A model generated the notes under the pieces. That model ran no database searches. It worked only from the letters and a program-made list of their open reading frames with translations, and had not been told where the DNA came from. Shown one piece after another: positions 8,541 through 17,846 of a stretch of DNA of 64,000 nt. Origin of the DNA: Candidatus Saccharimonadota bacterium (GTDB lineage: Bacteria; Patescibacteriota; Saccharimonadia; CAILAD01; BJGX01). Position 1 is the stretch's first letter; every line of letters starts with the position of its first letter. Where the stretch lies: positions 18,813-82,812 of the forward strand of contig BJGX01000002.1 of NCBI GenBank assembly GCA_014191035.1, read 5' to 3'. The position numbers and the translations under genes were made by a program.

Positions 8541-9635
8541 TTGATCTTAAATAAAACAAAATCAGCATTAATAGCAACTACAATTTTGGCGCTAATTATG
8601 TCGCTGGTTTTTACTATTTCCAGACCGGCCAAGGCCGATCAGTTCGATGAGCAGATTGCTGCCCTAAACCGCAAGGTGCGCGATGCAACTGCAGTTGCAG
8701 ATGCTAAAAAATCTGAAGTCAATACGCTAAAAGGTAAAATTGCAAGTATTGAAGCTGAAATCAGTGCTGCTCAAAACCAGCTTGACTTAACAAATCTTGA
8801 AATCAAAAAAACCCAAGCAACAATCGAAAAAAATAATCAAGAAATGGAACGCCAAAAAGAAATTTTGAAAGAAAATCTCCGAATGATATACAAACAGGGC
8901 GAGATTAGCCCACTAGAAGTTGTGGCTTCTAGTAAAAATTTAAGTGATTTTGTTTCGCAACAACAATATCTTGGAGCCATCAAAAAGAAAGTTGACGACA
9001 ATTTAGACAAAATAGAGCAGCTAAAAAAAGAGCTTGACCAGAAGAAAGGTCAACTTAATGCTCAATCGTCACAGCAAAAAGAAGTAGTTGATGGTATCGC
9101 AGTAAAAAGAGCTGAGCAAGCATCGATATTGGCCAGAACTCAGGGTGAAGAAGCAAATTATCGCAATGTGATCAAAGAAGATAATGCAAGAATTGCAGAG
9201 CTAAAGCGCCAGCAAGCAGCTATTATTAGTTCATATTCATCGAATGTTCAATACGGTGGTACTGGAAGTTACCCCTGGGCCAATGTTCCATTCCCAAATA
9301 GCATGCCAGATCCTTGGGGGATGTATAAACGTCAGTGTGTAAGCTATACTGCCTGGAAGGTTGCCTCTTCTGGAAGGAATATGCCATACTGGGGAGGCCG
9401 CGGTAACGCCAATCAGTGGGATGACAATGCCAGAGCTGCTGGCATACCAGTCGATGGAAATCCTAGAGTAGGTGATGTTGCTGTCAACAATTCCGGTCCT
9501 TATGGTCACGTAATGTATGTTGAAGCAATTCTGGGCAACGGCAAGGTTCGGGTGAGCCAATATAACGCTGGATTCGACGGCCGATATTCGGTTAGTGATG
9601 TGACAATTGCCGGCTTGCAGTTTATACACTTTTAA
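8541..9635 (+). CDS. PcsB-like peptidoglycan hydrolase: signal peptide, long coiled-coil, C-terminal CHAP domain.
   Basis: TTG start with a GGAGGG SD. Coiled-coil heptads (residues about 40-230). CHAP Cys and His (CVSYTAW ... GHVMYVEA). Sits immediately 3' of ftsEX. Confidence 0.75.
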   Translation: MILNKTKSALIATTILALIMSLVFTISRPAKADQFDEQIAALNRKVRDATAVADAKKSEVNTLKGKIASIEAEISAAQNQLDLTNLEIKKTQATIEKNNQEMERQKEILKENLRMIYKQGEISPLEVVASSKNLSDFVSQQQYLGAIKKKVDDNLDKIEQLKKELDQKKGQLNAQSSQQKEVVDGIAVKRAEQASILARTQGEEANYRNVIKEDNARIAELKRQQAAIISSYSSNVQYGGTGSYPWANVPFPNSMPDPWGMYKRQCVSYTAWKVASSGRNMPYWGGRGNANQWDDNARAAGIPVDGNPRVGDVAVNNSGPYGHVMYVEAILGNGKVRVSQYNAGFDGRYSVSDVTIAGLQFIHF

Positions 9636-9645
9636 ATAATTATCT

Positions 9646-10869
9646 ATGAAAAAAGAACCAACCAATAAAAACTCTTTAATTACAAAGAAAAACGCCCTTG
9701 TTTTGGGAGTAGGTTTTTTGCTTGGAATATTTAGCTTCTGGCTAGTAGGGATAATAACCAGCCCTTCATTAAGTAAACAGAAGCTTGATACTACCTTACT
9801 TAATAAGGTTCAGTCTATTTTGCAAAACAAATACAATGGAGATATCGATTATCAAAAAATGTCTGAAGGAGCAGCCGCAGGTGCCGTTGCTTCCTTGGGC
9901 GACCCGTACACTGTATTTTTGGATGAAAAATCTAATAAGGAGCTAAATGATGATTTAGCAGGCGAGCTTTCAGGTATAGGCATTGAGGTTGGTCAAAAGA
10001 ATGACCGACTAACCGTTATCGCTCCAATCGATGGAACTCCTGCTGACAAGGCCGGCATACGCGCGGGGGATTATATTGCTGCAATTGATGGGGTTGATAC
10101 GAGAACTCTGACCATAGATGAAGCTGTCAAAAAAATACGTGGCGAAAAGGGCACCAATGTTAAATTGACTGTAGTGAGGGGTAGTGAATCGCCAAAAGAA
10201 ATAGAAATTACACGTGACTTAATCAGTGTTCCTAGTGTAACAAGCGAAATGAAGGCCGATGGCGTTGGATACATTAAGATACGTCGCTTTGGCGATGATA
10301 CTGCGCAAGAAGTTCGTAAAGCAGGCTTAACTCTAAATACTCAAGGGGCAAAAGTTTTAGTATTAGATGTAAGAGATAATCCCGGCGGTTATCTGCAGTC
10401 GGCCGTGGATGTTGCTTCTGAGTTTTATAGTGAAGGTGTGGTCGTTGAGGAGAGATCTCGAAACTCTAAGAATAAAGTAGATACAGCTCGGCCCGGAGGC
10501 GCATTAACAGACCTACCAGTAGTTGTTTTAATAAATGAAGGAAGTGCTTCAGCATCCGAAATATTAGCAGGCGCATTAAATGACAAGGATAATGCCATCT
10601 TGGTAGGAGAAAAATCTTACGGCAAGGGTAGTGTTCAAGAAGTTATCTGCTTAAACAATGTATTATTTACAAGTAGCTGTAAGGGTCCATCTCTGAAGGT
10701 TACTATTGCAAATTGGTTTACTCCTGCAGGAGTAAATATCAGTAAAGAAGGCATTAGACCAGAGTTTGAAGTTAAATTAAGTACTGACGATGCGAATAAC
10801 AATCGCGACCCTCAGCTAGATAAGGCCCTCGAGCTTGCCAAGCAAGAAATAAATAACTTTTTATATTGA
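9646..10869 (+). CDS. ctpA: C-terminal processing (tail-specific, S41) peptidase with PDZ domain.
   Basis: N-terminal TM anchor. PDZ segment (GIGIEVGQ...GDYIAAIDGV). S41 catalytic region (VLDVRDNPGGYL ... KSYGKGSVQ). Confidence 0.85.
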   Translation: MKKEPTNKNSLITKKNALVLGVGFLLGIFSFWLVGIITSPSLSKQKLDTTLLNKVQSILQNKYNGDIDYQKMSEGAAAGAVASLGDPYTVFLDEKSNKELNDDLAGELSGIGIEVGQKNDRLTVIAPIDGTPADKAGIRAGDYIAAIDGVDTRTLTIDEAVKKIRGEKGTNVKLTVVRGSESPKEIEITRDLISVPSVTSEMKADGVGYIKIRRFGDDTAQEVRKAGLTLNTQGAKVLVLDVRDNPGGYLQSAVDVASEFYSEGVVVEERSRNSKNKVDTARPGGALTDLPVVVLINEGSASASEILAGALNDKDNAILVGEKSYGKGSVQEVICLNNVLFTSSCKGPSLKVTIANWFTPAGVNISKEGIRPEFEVKLSTDDANNNRDPQLDKALELAKQEINNFLY

Positions 10870-10926
10870 CCTGCTGCAAAACTAAGAGCTATTATATAAA
10901 CTAATAATTAAGTTGGAGGGGGAGTT

Positions 10927-12576
10927 ATAAAAAAATCAAACACAAAATATATTTTTGTTACCGGCGGCGTAATTTCTGGTCTAGGCAAAGGAATATCTGC
11001 CGCCTCACTCGGTAAAATATTATCCTCTAGAGCTCTGAGGGTCACAATGCAAAAGTGTGATCCTTATTTAAATATGGATGCCGGCACGCTCAATCCCTCC
11101 GAGCATGGAGAGGTTTTTGTTACGTGTGACGGTGGAGAGACGGACTTAGATTTGGGTCACTATGAGAGATTTATCGATAGAGAACTAACAAAAAAATCAT
11201 CCACAATGAGTGGCAAGATATACTCCAAAGTACTTTCAGATGAGCGGAAAGGTTTATTTTTGGGAAAGACAATTCAAATTATCCCCCATATAACTAACGA
11301 AATTATGAATCAAATTATATCATCAGCAGATAACAGCGATGTTCATATAGCAGAAGTTGGTGGTACAGTTGGGGATTACGAAGCAATGGCCTGGATTGAG
11401 GCAATTAGACAAATGAAGCGAAAAGTTGGAGAAGAGAATGTTTTGTATTGTCATGTTGTCTACATCCCCTACCTTGGAGTTAGTAAGGAATTTAAAACAA
11501 AGCCAGCGCAGAATAGTGTAAGAGATCTAAGAGAGGCTGGTATACAGCCAGATATTTTGTTTGTTCGTTCGGATGAGCCTGTAAATGCTGAGGCTTTTGA
11601 AAAAATGAGTTTGTATTGTGATGTAGAAAAAGATGCGATTGTTGCATTGCCCAATGCAGTTAGCGTTTATGAGGTGCCTCTAAGGATGGAGGAGGGCGGT
11701 ATTGGTAATTATATTTGCTCTAGGCTTGAAATATCTTGCAGTAAGCCAAATCTTAAAGACTGGAGCAGTTTAGTAGATAAAATAAGATCAAACAAGCCAA
11801 GCATTACGATAGGTGTTATCGCAAAATACATGTCAAATGAAGATACTTATTTAAGTGTTTTTGAAGCATTGCGTGCTGCAGCTTGGCATCATAATCTTGA
11901 TGTCGAAATAATTTGGGTAGATTCAGAACGAATAGAACTAAGTAATAAAAATTTAGAAGATCTAGATGGCATATTGGTGCCTGGCGGCTTTGGTGTGAGA
12001 GGGGTAGAAGGCAAAATAGCTGCCTCAAGGTATGCAAGAAAAAACAACATACCATATCTCGGACTTTGTCTGGGGATGCAGGTTGCTGTTATTGACTTTG
12101 CTAGAGAGGTATTGGGAGATGAAGAGGCTAATAGTAGCGAGATGAATCCAGATGCAAAAAACAAAGTAATTTATATAATGCCTGATCAAATTAATGTTGA
12201 TCTTGGAGGAAGTATGCGTCTCGGGGACTATGAAGCAAAGCTTAACAAAAAGTCTAGATCCTACTTGGCCTATGGAAAAACTAAAATTATTGAGCGCCAT
12301 CGCCATAGGTATGAGTTTAATAATGACTATAGAGAAACCCTCGAGAAAGCTGGTCTGGTTATTGCTGCTACTTCAACTGATGGCAAGTTAGTTGAAATAA
12401 TTGAACATAAGGACCATCCCTTCTTTGTTGCGAGTCAATTCCATCCTGAATACAAATCTAGACCTGATAAGCCCCACCCATTGTTTAGAGATTTTGTAGC
12501 CTCTGTGAAGCACAGAAAGTCATTGCTCTCATCTAAATCCACCAACGGTACCATTGCACAAAAAAAGCCGCAATAA
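10927..12576 (+). CDS. pyrG: CTP synthase. The apparent start is non-ATG; the first in-frame ATG is at 11047.
   Basis: Conserved N-terminus KYIFVTGGVISGLGKGI is encoded in frame upstream of the first ATG, with a TAA at 10909-10911. The glutamine amidotransferase Cys region (GLCLGMQ) and C-terminal His are present. GGAGGGGGAG SD at 10914-10923. Confidence 0.8.
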   Translation: MKKSNTKYIFVTGGVISGLGKGISAASLGKILSSRALRVTMQKCDPYLNMDAGTLNPSEHGEVFVTCDGGETDLDLGHYERFIDRELTKKSSTMSGKIYSKVLSDERKGLFLGKTIQIIPHITNEIMNQIISSADNSDVHIAEVGGTVGDYEAMAWIEAIRQMKRKVGEENVLYCHVVYIPYLGVSKEFKTKPAQNSVRDLREAGIQPDILFVRSDEPVNAEAFEKMSLYCDVEKDAIVALPNAVSVYEVPLRMEEGGIGNYICSRLEISCSKPNLKDWSSLVDKIRSNKPSITIGVIAKYMSNEDTYLSVFEALRAAAWHHNLDVEIIWVDSERIELSNKNLEDLDGILVPGGFGVRGVEGKIAASRYARKNNIPYLGLCLGMQVAVIDFAREVLGDEEANSSEMNPDAKNKVIYIMPDQINVDLGGSMRLGDYEAKLNKKSRSYLAYGKTKIIERHRHRYEFNNDYRETLEKAGLVIAATSTDGKLVEIIEHKDHPFFVASQFHPEYKSRPDKPHPLFRDFVASVKHRKSLLSSKSTNGTIAQKKPQ

Positions 12577-12584
12577 AGCGGCTT
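12565..12584 (-). terminator. Hairpin AAGCCGC-aataaa-GCGGCTT, preceded on the + strand by an A-run. It acts mainly as a terminator for minus-strand rpmA.
   Basis: 7-bp perfect stem. T-run on the minus strand. Overlaps the pyrG stop codon. Confidence 0.5.
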
Positions 12585-12603
12585 GAATGAATGACTATAT
12601 GGA

Positions 12604-12888
12604 TTAGCTAGCGTTAGCTACAACGCTAACAAGTGATCTGCGCTCTTTATTGCCAGTGAAGGCTTGCTTACGAACGGTTTTAAATTCAACCGATCCTGAT
12701 TTAAGAGCAAATAGAGTGTGGTCTTTGCCAATTCCTACGTGAGAACCGGCTATAAATTTAGTGCCTCTTTGGCGAATTATAATATCTCCGGCCTGAACAG
12801 CTTGTCCACCAGAGCGCTTAACCCCAAGTCTTTTTGATTGTGAATCTCTACCGTTTTTTGTAGAACCACCAGCTTTAGTCTTTGACAT
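12604..12888 (-). CDS. rpmA: 50S ribosomal protein L27.
   Basis: [24 protein letters not shown]... is a canonical L27 N-terminus. Confidence 0.9.
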   Translation of the reverse strand: MSKTKAGGSTKNGRDSQSKRLGVKRSGGQAVQAGDIIIRQRGTKFIAGSHVGIGKDHTLFALKSGSVEFKTVRKQAFTGNKERRSLVSVVANAS

Positions 12889-12890
12889 AA

Positions 12891-14033
12891 TTAATTCTCC
12901 TTGTTTGGTTTAAATACAACAATCTGCCGACCTGTAAATTGACCCTCTCTGTAGTAGTTGAGAGTACTTTGTCGAGCAGATTTGAACTCCACAATAGTAT
13001 AGCCCAGATTGGCAATTTCGTCAATAAGATTGAGCCTGATCGTTTGCTCGTTTACCCTCCAGAATGGCACGCAGATACAAACAACATCAGGTAGCCTTTC
13101 CTGTAAGAGCAGGTTTTTAAAAAACTCAACATATATATTTTTTAGGTTCGATATTTGCTCATCTATTAGCTGCTTGGTTGGTTTAGAAAGAAAATTAATT
13201 CCCAAAAAGCCCTCAGTTACCACGCTATAACTTTCTTTTGGATATTTAAGCTTGGTTGCATCGTTTGATTTCAGAATTTCCACTTTTCCTTTGGCATTGA
13301 AATTATCCAAAAACCATTCGATGTTTTTTTTAGCACATTTTGTCATATCATCCGATAAATCACTGCCTATACTGTCATAGCCCATTAGAGAGGCCTCCAT
13401 AAGTAAGCCGCCGGATCCGCAAAATGGATCGCATATTACAGTATTATCATCTGGGTTGGCCAAATTGATCATTATCTGCGAAAGCTTGGGGGGCAACATG
13501 CCAACTTTTCGGTCCCTGCATGGTTTTTCATAATCTCTTTTAGAGTACATATCTATATCCTGAAAAGACAGACCGACTGCTAAAAGCATCTTATCTTTTG
13601 ACTGCACTACGATAAATTCACGTCCATCGGGGAATATCTTGTTGTGCTTTATAGAGGCAGCATTAAGTATTGCGCCATCACTAGGCATTACAAATCTCGG
13701 CTTTAAGCCAGTTGATTTAAGCTCTTTTTTTAGTTTTATCCCAATTTGATTAAAATTAATTTTCGAATTTCCATAATAGCTAATTCCATAATTAAACTTA
13801 GTCTCTATCTCAATATCCTTACAGTGGTTAATTATTTCCTTTTGAAGCTCATTTATACTTGAGACGTTATTGGCAATAATTTCACCTACTTTTATCGTGC
13901 CGCCCAGATTATTGATATCAAATAATTTTTTTGACACAGCAATCTGCTCTGTTATTAGCTCAACATTTTTATCCTTGCTCTCTAGTTCGGCCAAACACAA
14001 ATCTCTTTCTCGTCCTAATATATACAAATACAT
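12891..14033 (-). CDS. SAM-dependent RNA (guanine-N2) methyltransferase-like protein (UPF0020 / RlmL-Trm14 type).
   Basis: DPFCGSGG motif I followed by a conserved acidic loop. N-terminal THUMP-like region plausible. Stop abuts the rpmA start. Confidence 0.6.
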   Translation of the reverse strand: MYLYILGRERDLCLAELESKDKNVELITEQIAVSKKLFDINNLGGTIKVGEIIANNVSSINELQKEIINHCKDIEIETKFNYGISYYGNSKINFNQIGIKLKKELKSTGLKPRFVMPSDGAILNAASIKHNKIFPDGREFIVVQSKDKMLLAVGLSFQDIDMYSKRDYEKPCRDRKVGMLPPKLSQIMINLANPDDNTVICDPFCGSGGLLMEASLMGYDSIGSDLSDDMTKCAKKNIEWFLDNFNAKGKVEILKSNDATKLKYPKESYSVVTEGFLGINFLSKPTKQLIDEQISNLKNIYVEFFKNLLLQERLPDVVCICVPFWRVNEQTIRLNLIDEIANLGYTIVEFKSARQSTLNYYREGQFTGRQIVVFKPNKEN

Positions 14034-14072
14034 AACTATATTATAGACCTCATACCACTTAAGCGCGAGCTG

Positions 14073-15089
14073 ATGTACAATAGCTTTATGCGATTAAGAC
14101 ATGTCTTATTTTTTATTGCGTTAGTTTTTATAACTGTATTTGCGATAGTTCAGTTTGGTGAGCTTCAAAATTTTATGGATATTATAAAAAATATCAATGT
14201 ATTTTTGCTGCTGATTGTATTCGCCATTCGATACTTGGCATATTTTGCAAACGCAAAATATTTCCAGGTTTATTTAAAAAATTTCAATCATCCTATACCT
14301 TTCAAATCTATCTATAAGGATGTAATTACTATGAACTTTGCAAATACAGTATTTCCGAGTGGTGGAATTAGCGGCGTAGCATTATTAAGAGGGCAATTTA
14401 GAAAGCACAAGGTTTCGGCCCATACAACTACTGTGGCTCAGGCTTTTTGGTTCGGATTTACTGCTATTTCTTTTATTGTGTACCTGCTTCTTGCACTTTT
14501 AATGCTTTTTTTGTCACAAAAAATTGAAATGGTCAGCTTCAGGTTAATAATGATTGCTTTGGTGTTTGTTTTGGTTGGCTCTATTATCGTAGTCGGACTT
14601 TTATTAAATAGAAAAATTGCCGAGAAAATAACTTACATGTTAACCCGACCCACTAATTGGATCTTAAAAAAATTTAAAAAACACAGCCTAGAACGTGAGC
14701 AGCTACATGAACTCAACAGCAAGTTCTATGAAACGCTTTATGAATTTAAAAATAATTGGCGCATGCTAATTAAGCCATTTTTATGGTGTTTTACTTCAAT
14801 GGGCTTTGACTTGTTATCTCTTTATATGGTCTTTATTGCTTTTGGAGTTTATCCAAACCCCGGAGTAATTATTGCGGCGTACCTAATCGCCCTCGGCCTT
14901 TCTGTATTGTCAGTTTTCACTTCGGGTATTGGGGTTTTTGAAATCAGCATGGTTAGTATACTTGTTGGCCTTGGATTGAGCTTTGACTTGAGCTTTTCTG
15001 CTTCGATTGTTTTTAGGATAATAGCACTTTGGTTGTTTTTACCTGTTGGTCTTTATTTTTACAAACGGACAATGCTGGATGGGAAATGA
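14073..15089 (+). CDS. Polytopic membrane protein resembling the UPF0104 / lysylphosphatidylglycerol-synthase TM-domain family.
   Basis: About 8 TM helices. Family resemblance recalled from memory only. Confidence 0.45.
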   Translation: MYNSFMRLRHVLFFIALVFITVFAIVQFGELQNFMDIIKNINVFLLLIVFAIRYLAYFANAKYFQVYLKNFNHPIPFKSIYKDVITMNFANTVFPSGGISGVALLRGQFRKHKVSAHTTTVAQAFWFGFTAISFIVYLLLALLMLFLSQKIEMVSFRLIMIALVFVLVGSIIVVGLLLNRKIAEKITYMLTRPTNWILKKFKKHSLEREQLHELNSKFYETLYEFKNNWRMLIKPFLWCFTSMGFDLLSLYMVFIAFGVYPNPGVIIAAYLIALGLSVLSVFTSGIGVFEISMVSILVGLGLSFDLSFSASIVFRIIALWLFLPVGLYFYKRTMLDGK

Positions 15090-16278
15090 TGCTATTACAG
15101 TTTCGGAGTTTAATTCTTTATTAAATCAGACGCTTACTTTTGCTTACCCAGAAGTGGTTGTAGAGGGAGAGGTTTCGAGCTTTAAAATTAACCAAAGTAA
15201 ATGGATATTTTTTGACCTAAAGGACGAACATAATTTAGTCGGCTGTTTTATGACTATTTATCAGCTTAAAACTGAACTTGAGGATGGAATGTTGATTCGA
15301 GTTAAAGCCACACCCCAGCTTACTAAATGGGGAAAATTCAGTCTAACCGTTAAAGAAGTCGAGTTGGCTGGTGAGGGCTCTGTAAAGCGTGCCTTTGAAA
15401 TGCTCAAGTCGAAATTTGAAAAAGAAGGATTGTTTTTAGAAGATCGTAAGAGAGAACTCCCGCTCTATCCTCAGCGGGTTGGATTGGTAACATCAAATCA
15501 GGCGGCTGCATTTAATGACTTTATAACTATCTTAGAGGACCGTTGGTCGGGTTTAGACGTGGAACATATCCAAGTGCAGGTTCAGGGCCCAAGCGCACCC
15601 GATCAAATATCTAAGGCAATTGAACATATGAATATGTTTGGCAGTTATGATGTGCTGGTTGTCATAAGGGGAGGTGGCAGTGCCGAGGATTTGCAGGCTT
15701 TTAATTCGGAAGAAGTTGTAAGAGCAATTTATGCCAGCAACATACCGACTCTTGTTGCAATCGGCCACGAGGACGATATAACTCTATCTGAGCTGGCGGC
15801 AGATGTTAGGGGTGCCACACCAACCGATGCAGCCAGGAGACTAGTGCCCGATAAAAATGAGCTTCTGGAGAAGATTGGTGCCATTCAGTTAAGAAATTTT
15901 AATATGCTAGAAGGCATCTCTGCCAAGGGGCGATCCGTGCTCGACAGCTTTTACTATAGCATCGAAGCTAGGATCAATAATATGAGACATACTGCCGCAG
16001 ATAGCCATACTCGAAGCATCAATTCTATTGACAGGCATATGCAGGCTGTTTTGTCCGTAATACAATTGCAAAGAAAATTACTAAAAAGCCTTGACCCGTC
16101 GGCGATACTATCGAGAGGCTACAGCATAACAAGAGTTAATGGAAAAGTAATTAAATCATCTGATGAATACATTTCAGGCGCAGAGCTTATGATACAATTG
16201 CATAAAGGACAGATAAATATTAAGGCTGATGCAGGAGAAAAAGATGCCAAAAGACAGCAAACCGAACTCAGGTTTTAA
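15079..16278 (+). CDS. xseA: Exodeoxyribonuclease VII large subunit.
   Basis: OB-fold N-terminus (PEVVVEGEVSSFKINQSKWIFFDLKDE) and catalytic region (VIRGGGSAEDLQAFN). Start chosen at the ATG at 15079, which overlaps the upstream stop. Confidence 0.85.
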   Translation: MGNDAITVSEFNSLLNQTLTFAYPEVVVEGEVSSFKINQSKWIFFDLKDEHNLVGCFMTIYQLKTELEDGMLIRVKATPQLTKWGKFSLTVKEVELAGEGSVKRAFEMLKSKFEKEGLFLEDRKRELPLYPQRVGLVTSNQAAAFNDFITILEDRWSGLDVEHIQVQVQGPSAPDQISKAIEHMNMFGSYDVLVVIRGGGSAEDLQAFNSEEVVRAIYASNIPTLVAIGHEDDITLSELAADVRGATPTDAARRLVPDKNELLEKIGAIQLRNFNMLEGISAKGRSVLDSFYYSIEARINNMRHTAADSHTRSINSIDRHMQAVLSVIQLQRKLLKSLDPSAILSRGYSITRVNGKVIKSSDEYISGAELMIQLHKGQINIKADAGEKDAKRQQTELRF

Positions 16279-16453
16279 ATATTCAGAAGCTATAAAGGAA
16301 CTCCAGGAGATAACCGACTATTTAGAAAGTAGCGAAGTAGATCTTGATGAGGCCATAGAAAAATTCGACAGGGGAAGTAAGATAGCTAGCGAAATAGAGA
16401 ATCACCTAAAGAACGCCGAAAACAAGATCAAAACAATCAAATCTAAATCATAG
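16244..16453 (+). CDS. xseB: Exodeoxyribonuclease VII small subunit.
   Basis: The 70-aa product has the XseB helical-hairpin signature (EAIKELQEITDYLESSEVDLDEAIEKFDRG). AGGAG SD 6 nt upstream of the ATG at 16244. Overlaps the xseA 3' end. Confidence 0.8.
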   Translation: MPKDSKPNSGFKYSEAIKELQEITDYLESSEVDLDEAIEKFDRGSKIASEIENHLKNAENKIKTIKSKS

Positions 16454-16488
16454 ACTTATAGCAGTAAAAATGTTATAGTAACGCCGAT

Positions 16489-16881
16489 ATGCCAGATTAC
16501 TTTACAGCCCTAGTTGGACAGTATTGTGGAGCGGTAAACTCCAGTCAGGCCGAGAATTATGCTCGGTCATTTATAGATGCGTGGTATTTTACACTACCCC
16601 GAGCCAAGCAATCAGAACTTGTTTCTATACTTCCAGACTATTTGAGGCCACGAAAACAAAATACCTTTAATTTTAAAAGGCAGACTGAATTTAGAGGTGT
16701 ACAATCGGATATCTTTATATCTAGATTAACAATGGATTTGGGTAGATCAGCAGAAGATGAGACAAAATATATTATTTTAGGAGTCATGAAGAGCATAAAG
16801 ATTATTTCGTCACCTGAGCAAAAATTCAGCTATTCAAAACTATTTGATAAAAAGCTTTTTGATCTTTATGTGAGAGCATAG
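16489..16881 (+). CDS. Hypothetical protein.
   Basis: ORF only. No motif recognised. Confidence 0.35.
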   Translation: MPDYFTALVGQYCGAVNSSQAENYARSFIDAWYFTLPRAKQSELVSILPDYLRPRKQNTFNFKRQTEFRGVQSDIFISRLTMDLGRSAEDETKYIILGVMKSIKIISSPEQKFSYSKLFDKKLFDLYVRA

Positions 16882-16882
16882 A

Positions 16883-17674
16883 ATGAATAACATGCAATTC
16901 AGACTAGATTCATCTACTAAAGATTTTGATGAAATTTTCTTCAATCGACCAGTAAGTAAAATTCAGGCTTCATGGGTTGGTATAGTTACATCTAAAAATG
17001 TAACCATAAAAGAAGTTAGCTCAATTTACCAGATAATAAATGAGATGTCTCATAATACTGCTTTAGTAGCAGACGAGAGGCAGTTTCATGATGCTTTTGC
17101 AGTCGATGTATCCCTAAAGCCTAAAAAGACGCCTGGATACTCAAACATAGATGATGGAATAGAAAGCTTAAGAAATTGTAAAATAATTATTTTTCTAGCA
17201 GGTAAAGAATTAAACTCAGATATGGAATTATTTATGATTAAGCTTCTTGATAACTTTAAGGGGCTAATTATTACCGATTATCCCGAGATATTTTACGATG
17301 TAGATTTTGTTGGTCAGAAGATTATAATTGCCGATAAGAATAAAATAAAATCAAATTACAACTTTGGACTTAACCATACTGCCGGACTTGTTCAGTCTTA
17401 TGCTCAGGAAAATAAGAGCCCAGTAGTGTTTTTTGATAAAAATCAAATAATCTGCCTAGACAACAATCATAAAGATACAGCCTGCATAGTTAATTCAAAA
17501 GAAACCATCCTAAGAGAAGATTTTATTGGCTTTTTGGCGAGCCTAATGTCAGATAAAAAAATACCTCTTGAAGCTGATTGGCTGAGGTATTGTCAGGCAG
17601 CGGGCTATTTAACCCGAAAGATGCAAACGGAAGGATTAAGATCTGTTAAAAAGTATCTTGAAGAAAAGTTTTGA
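16883..17674 (+). CDS. Hypothetical protein.
   Basis: ORF only. Translationally coupled to the upstream ORF. Confidence 0.35.
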   Translation: MNNMQFRLDSSTKDFDEIFFNRPVSKIQASWVGIVTSKNVTIKEVSSIYQIINEMSHNTALVADERQFHDAFAVDVSLKPKKTPGYSNIDDGIESLRNCKIIIFLAGKELNSDMELFMIKLLDNFKGLIITDYPEIFYDVDFVGQKIIIADKNKIKSNYNFGLNHTAGLVQSYAQENKSPVVFFDKNQIICLDNNHKDTACIVNSKETILREDFIGFLASLMSDKKIPLEADWLRYCQAAGYLTRKMQTEGLRSVKKYLEEKF

Positions 17675-17681
17675 TAACTAA

Positions 17682-17768
17682 TGGTGCCAAAGGTGGGAGT
17701 CGAACCCACACGCCCTTGCGAGCACACGATTTTGAGTCGTGCGTGTCTGCCAATTCCACCACTCTGGC
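17682..17768 (-). tRNA. tRNA-Leu, anticodon CAA, with long variable arm and encoded CCA.
   Basis: Reverse complement reads GCCAGAGTGGTGGAATTGGCAGACACGCACGACTCAAAATCGTG...GGGTTCGACTCCCACCTTTGGCACCA. Shows the T-loop GGTTCGACTCC, anticodon loop CTCAAAA and a type-II variable arm. Confidence 0.85.
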
Positions 17769-17846
17769 TTAAAAAACATTTTTAGCAGATGAATAAGTAG
17801 TTCATATTATATATAATAGAAGTAAATCAAGCAAAAGAATTATTAT

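Noticed and set aside
17682-17768. tRNA-Leu as an integration site for a mobile element.
   Set aside because: No integrase, recombinase, direct repeat of the tRNA 3' end or compositional shift was seen next to it. Neighbouring genes are ordinary small ORFs and the sortase.
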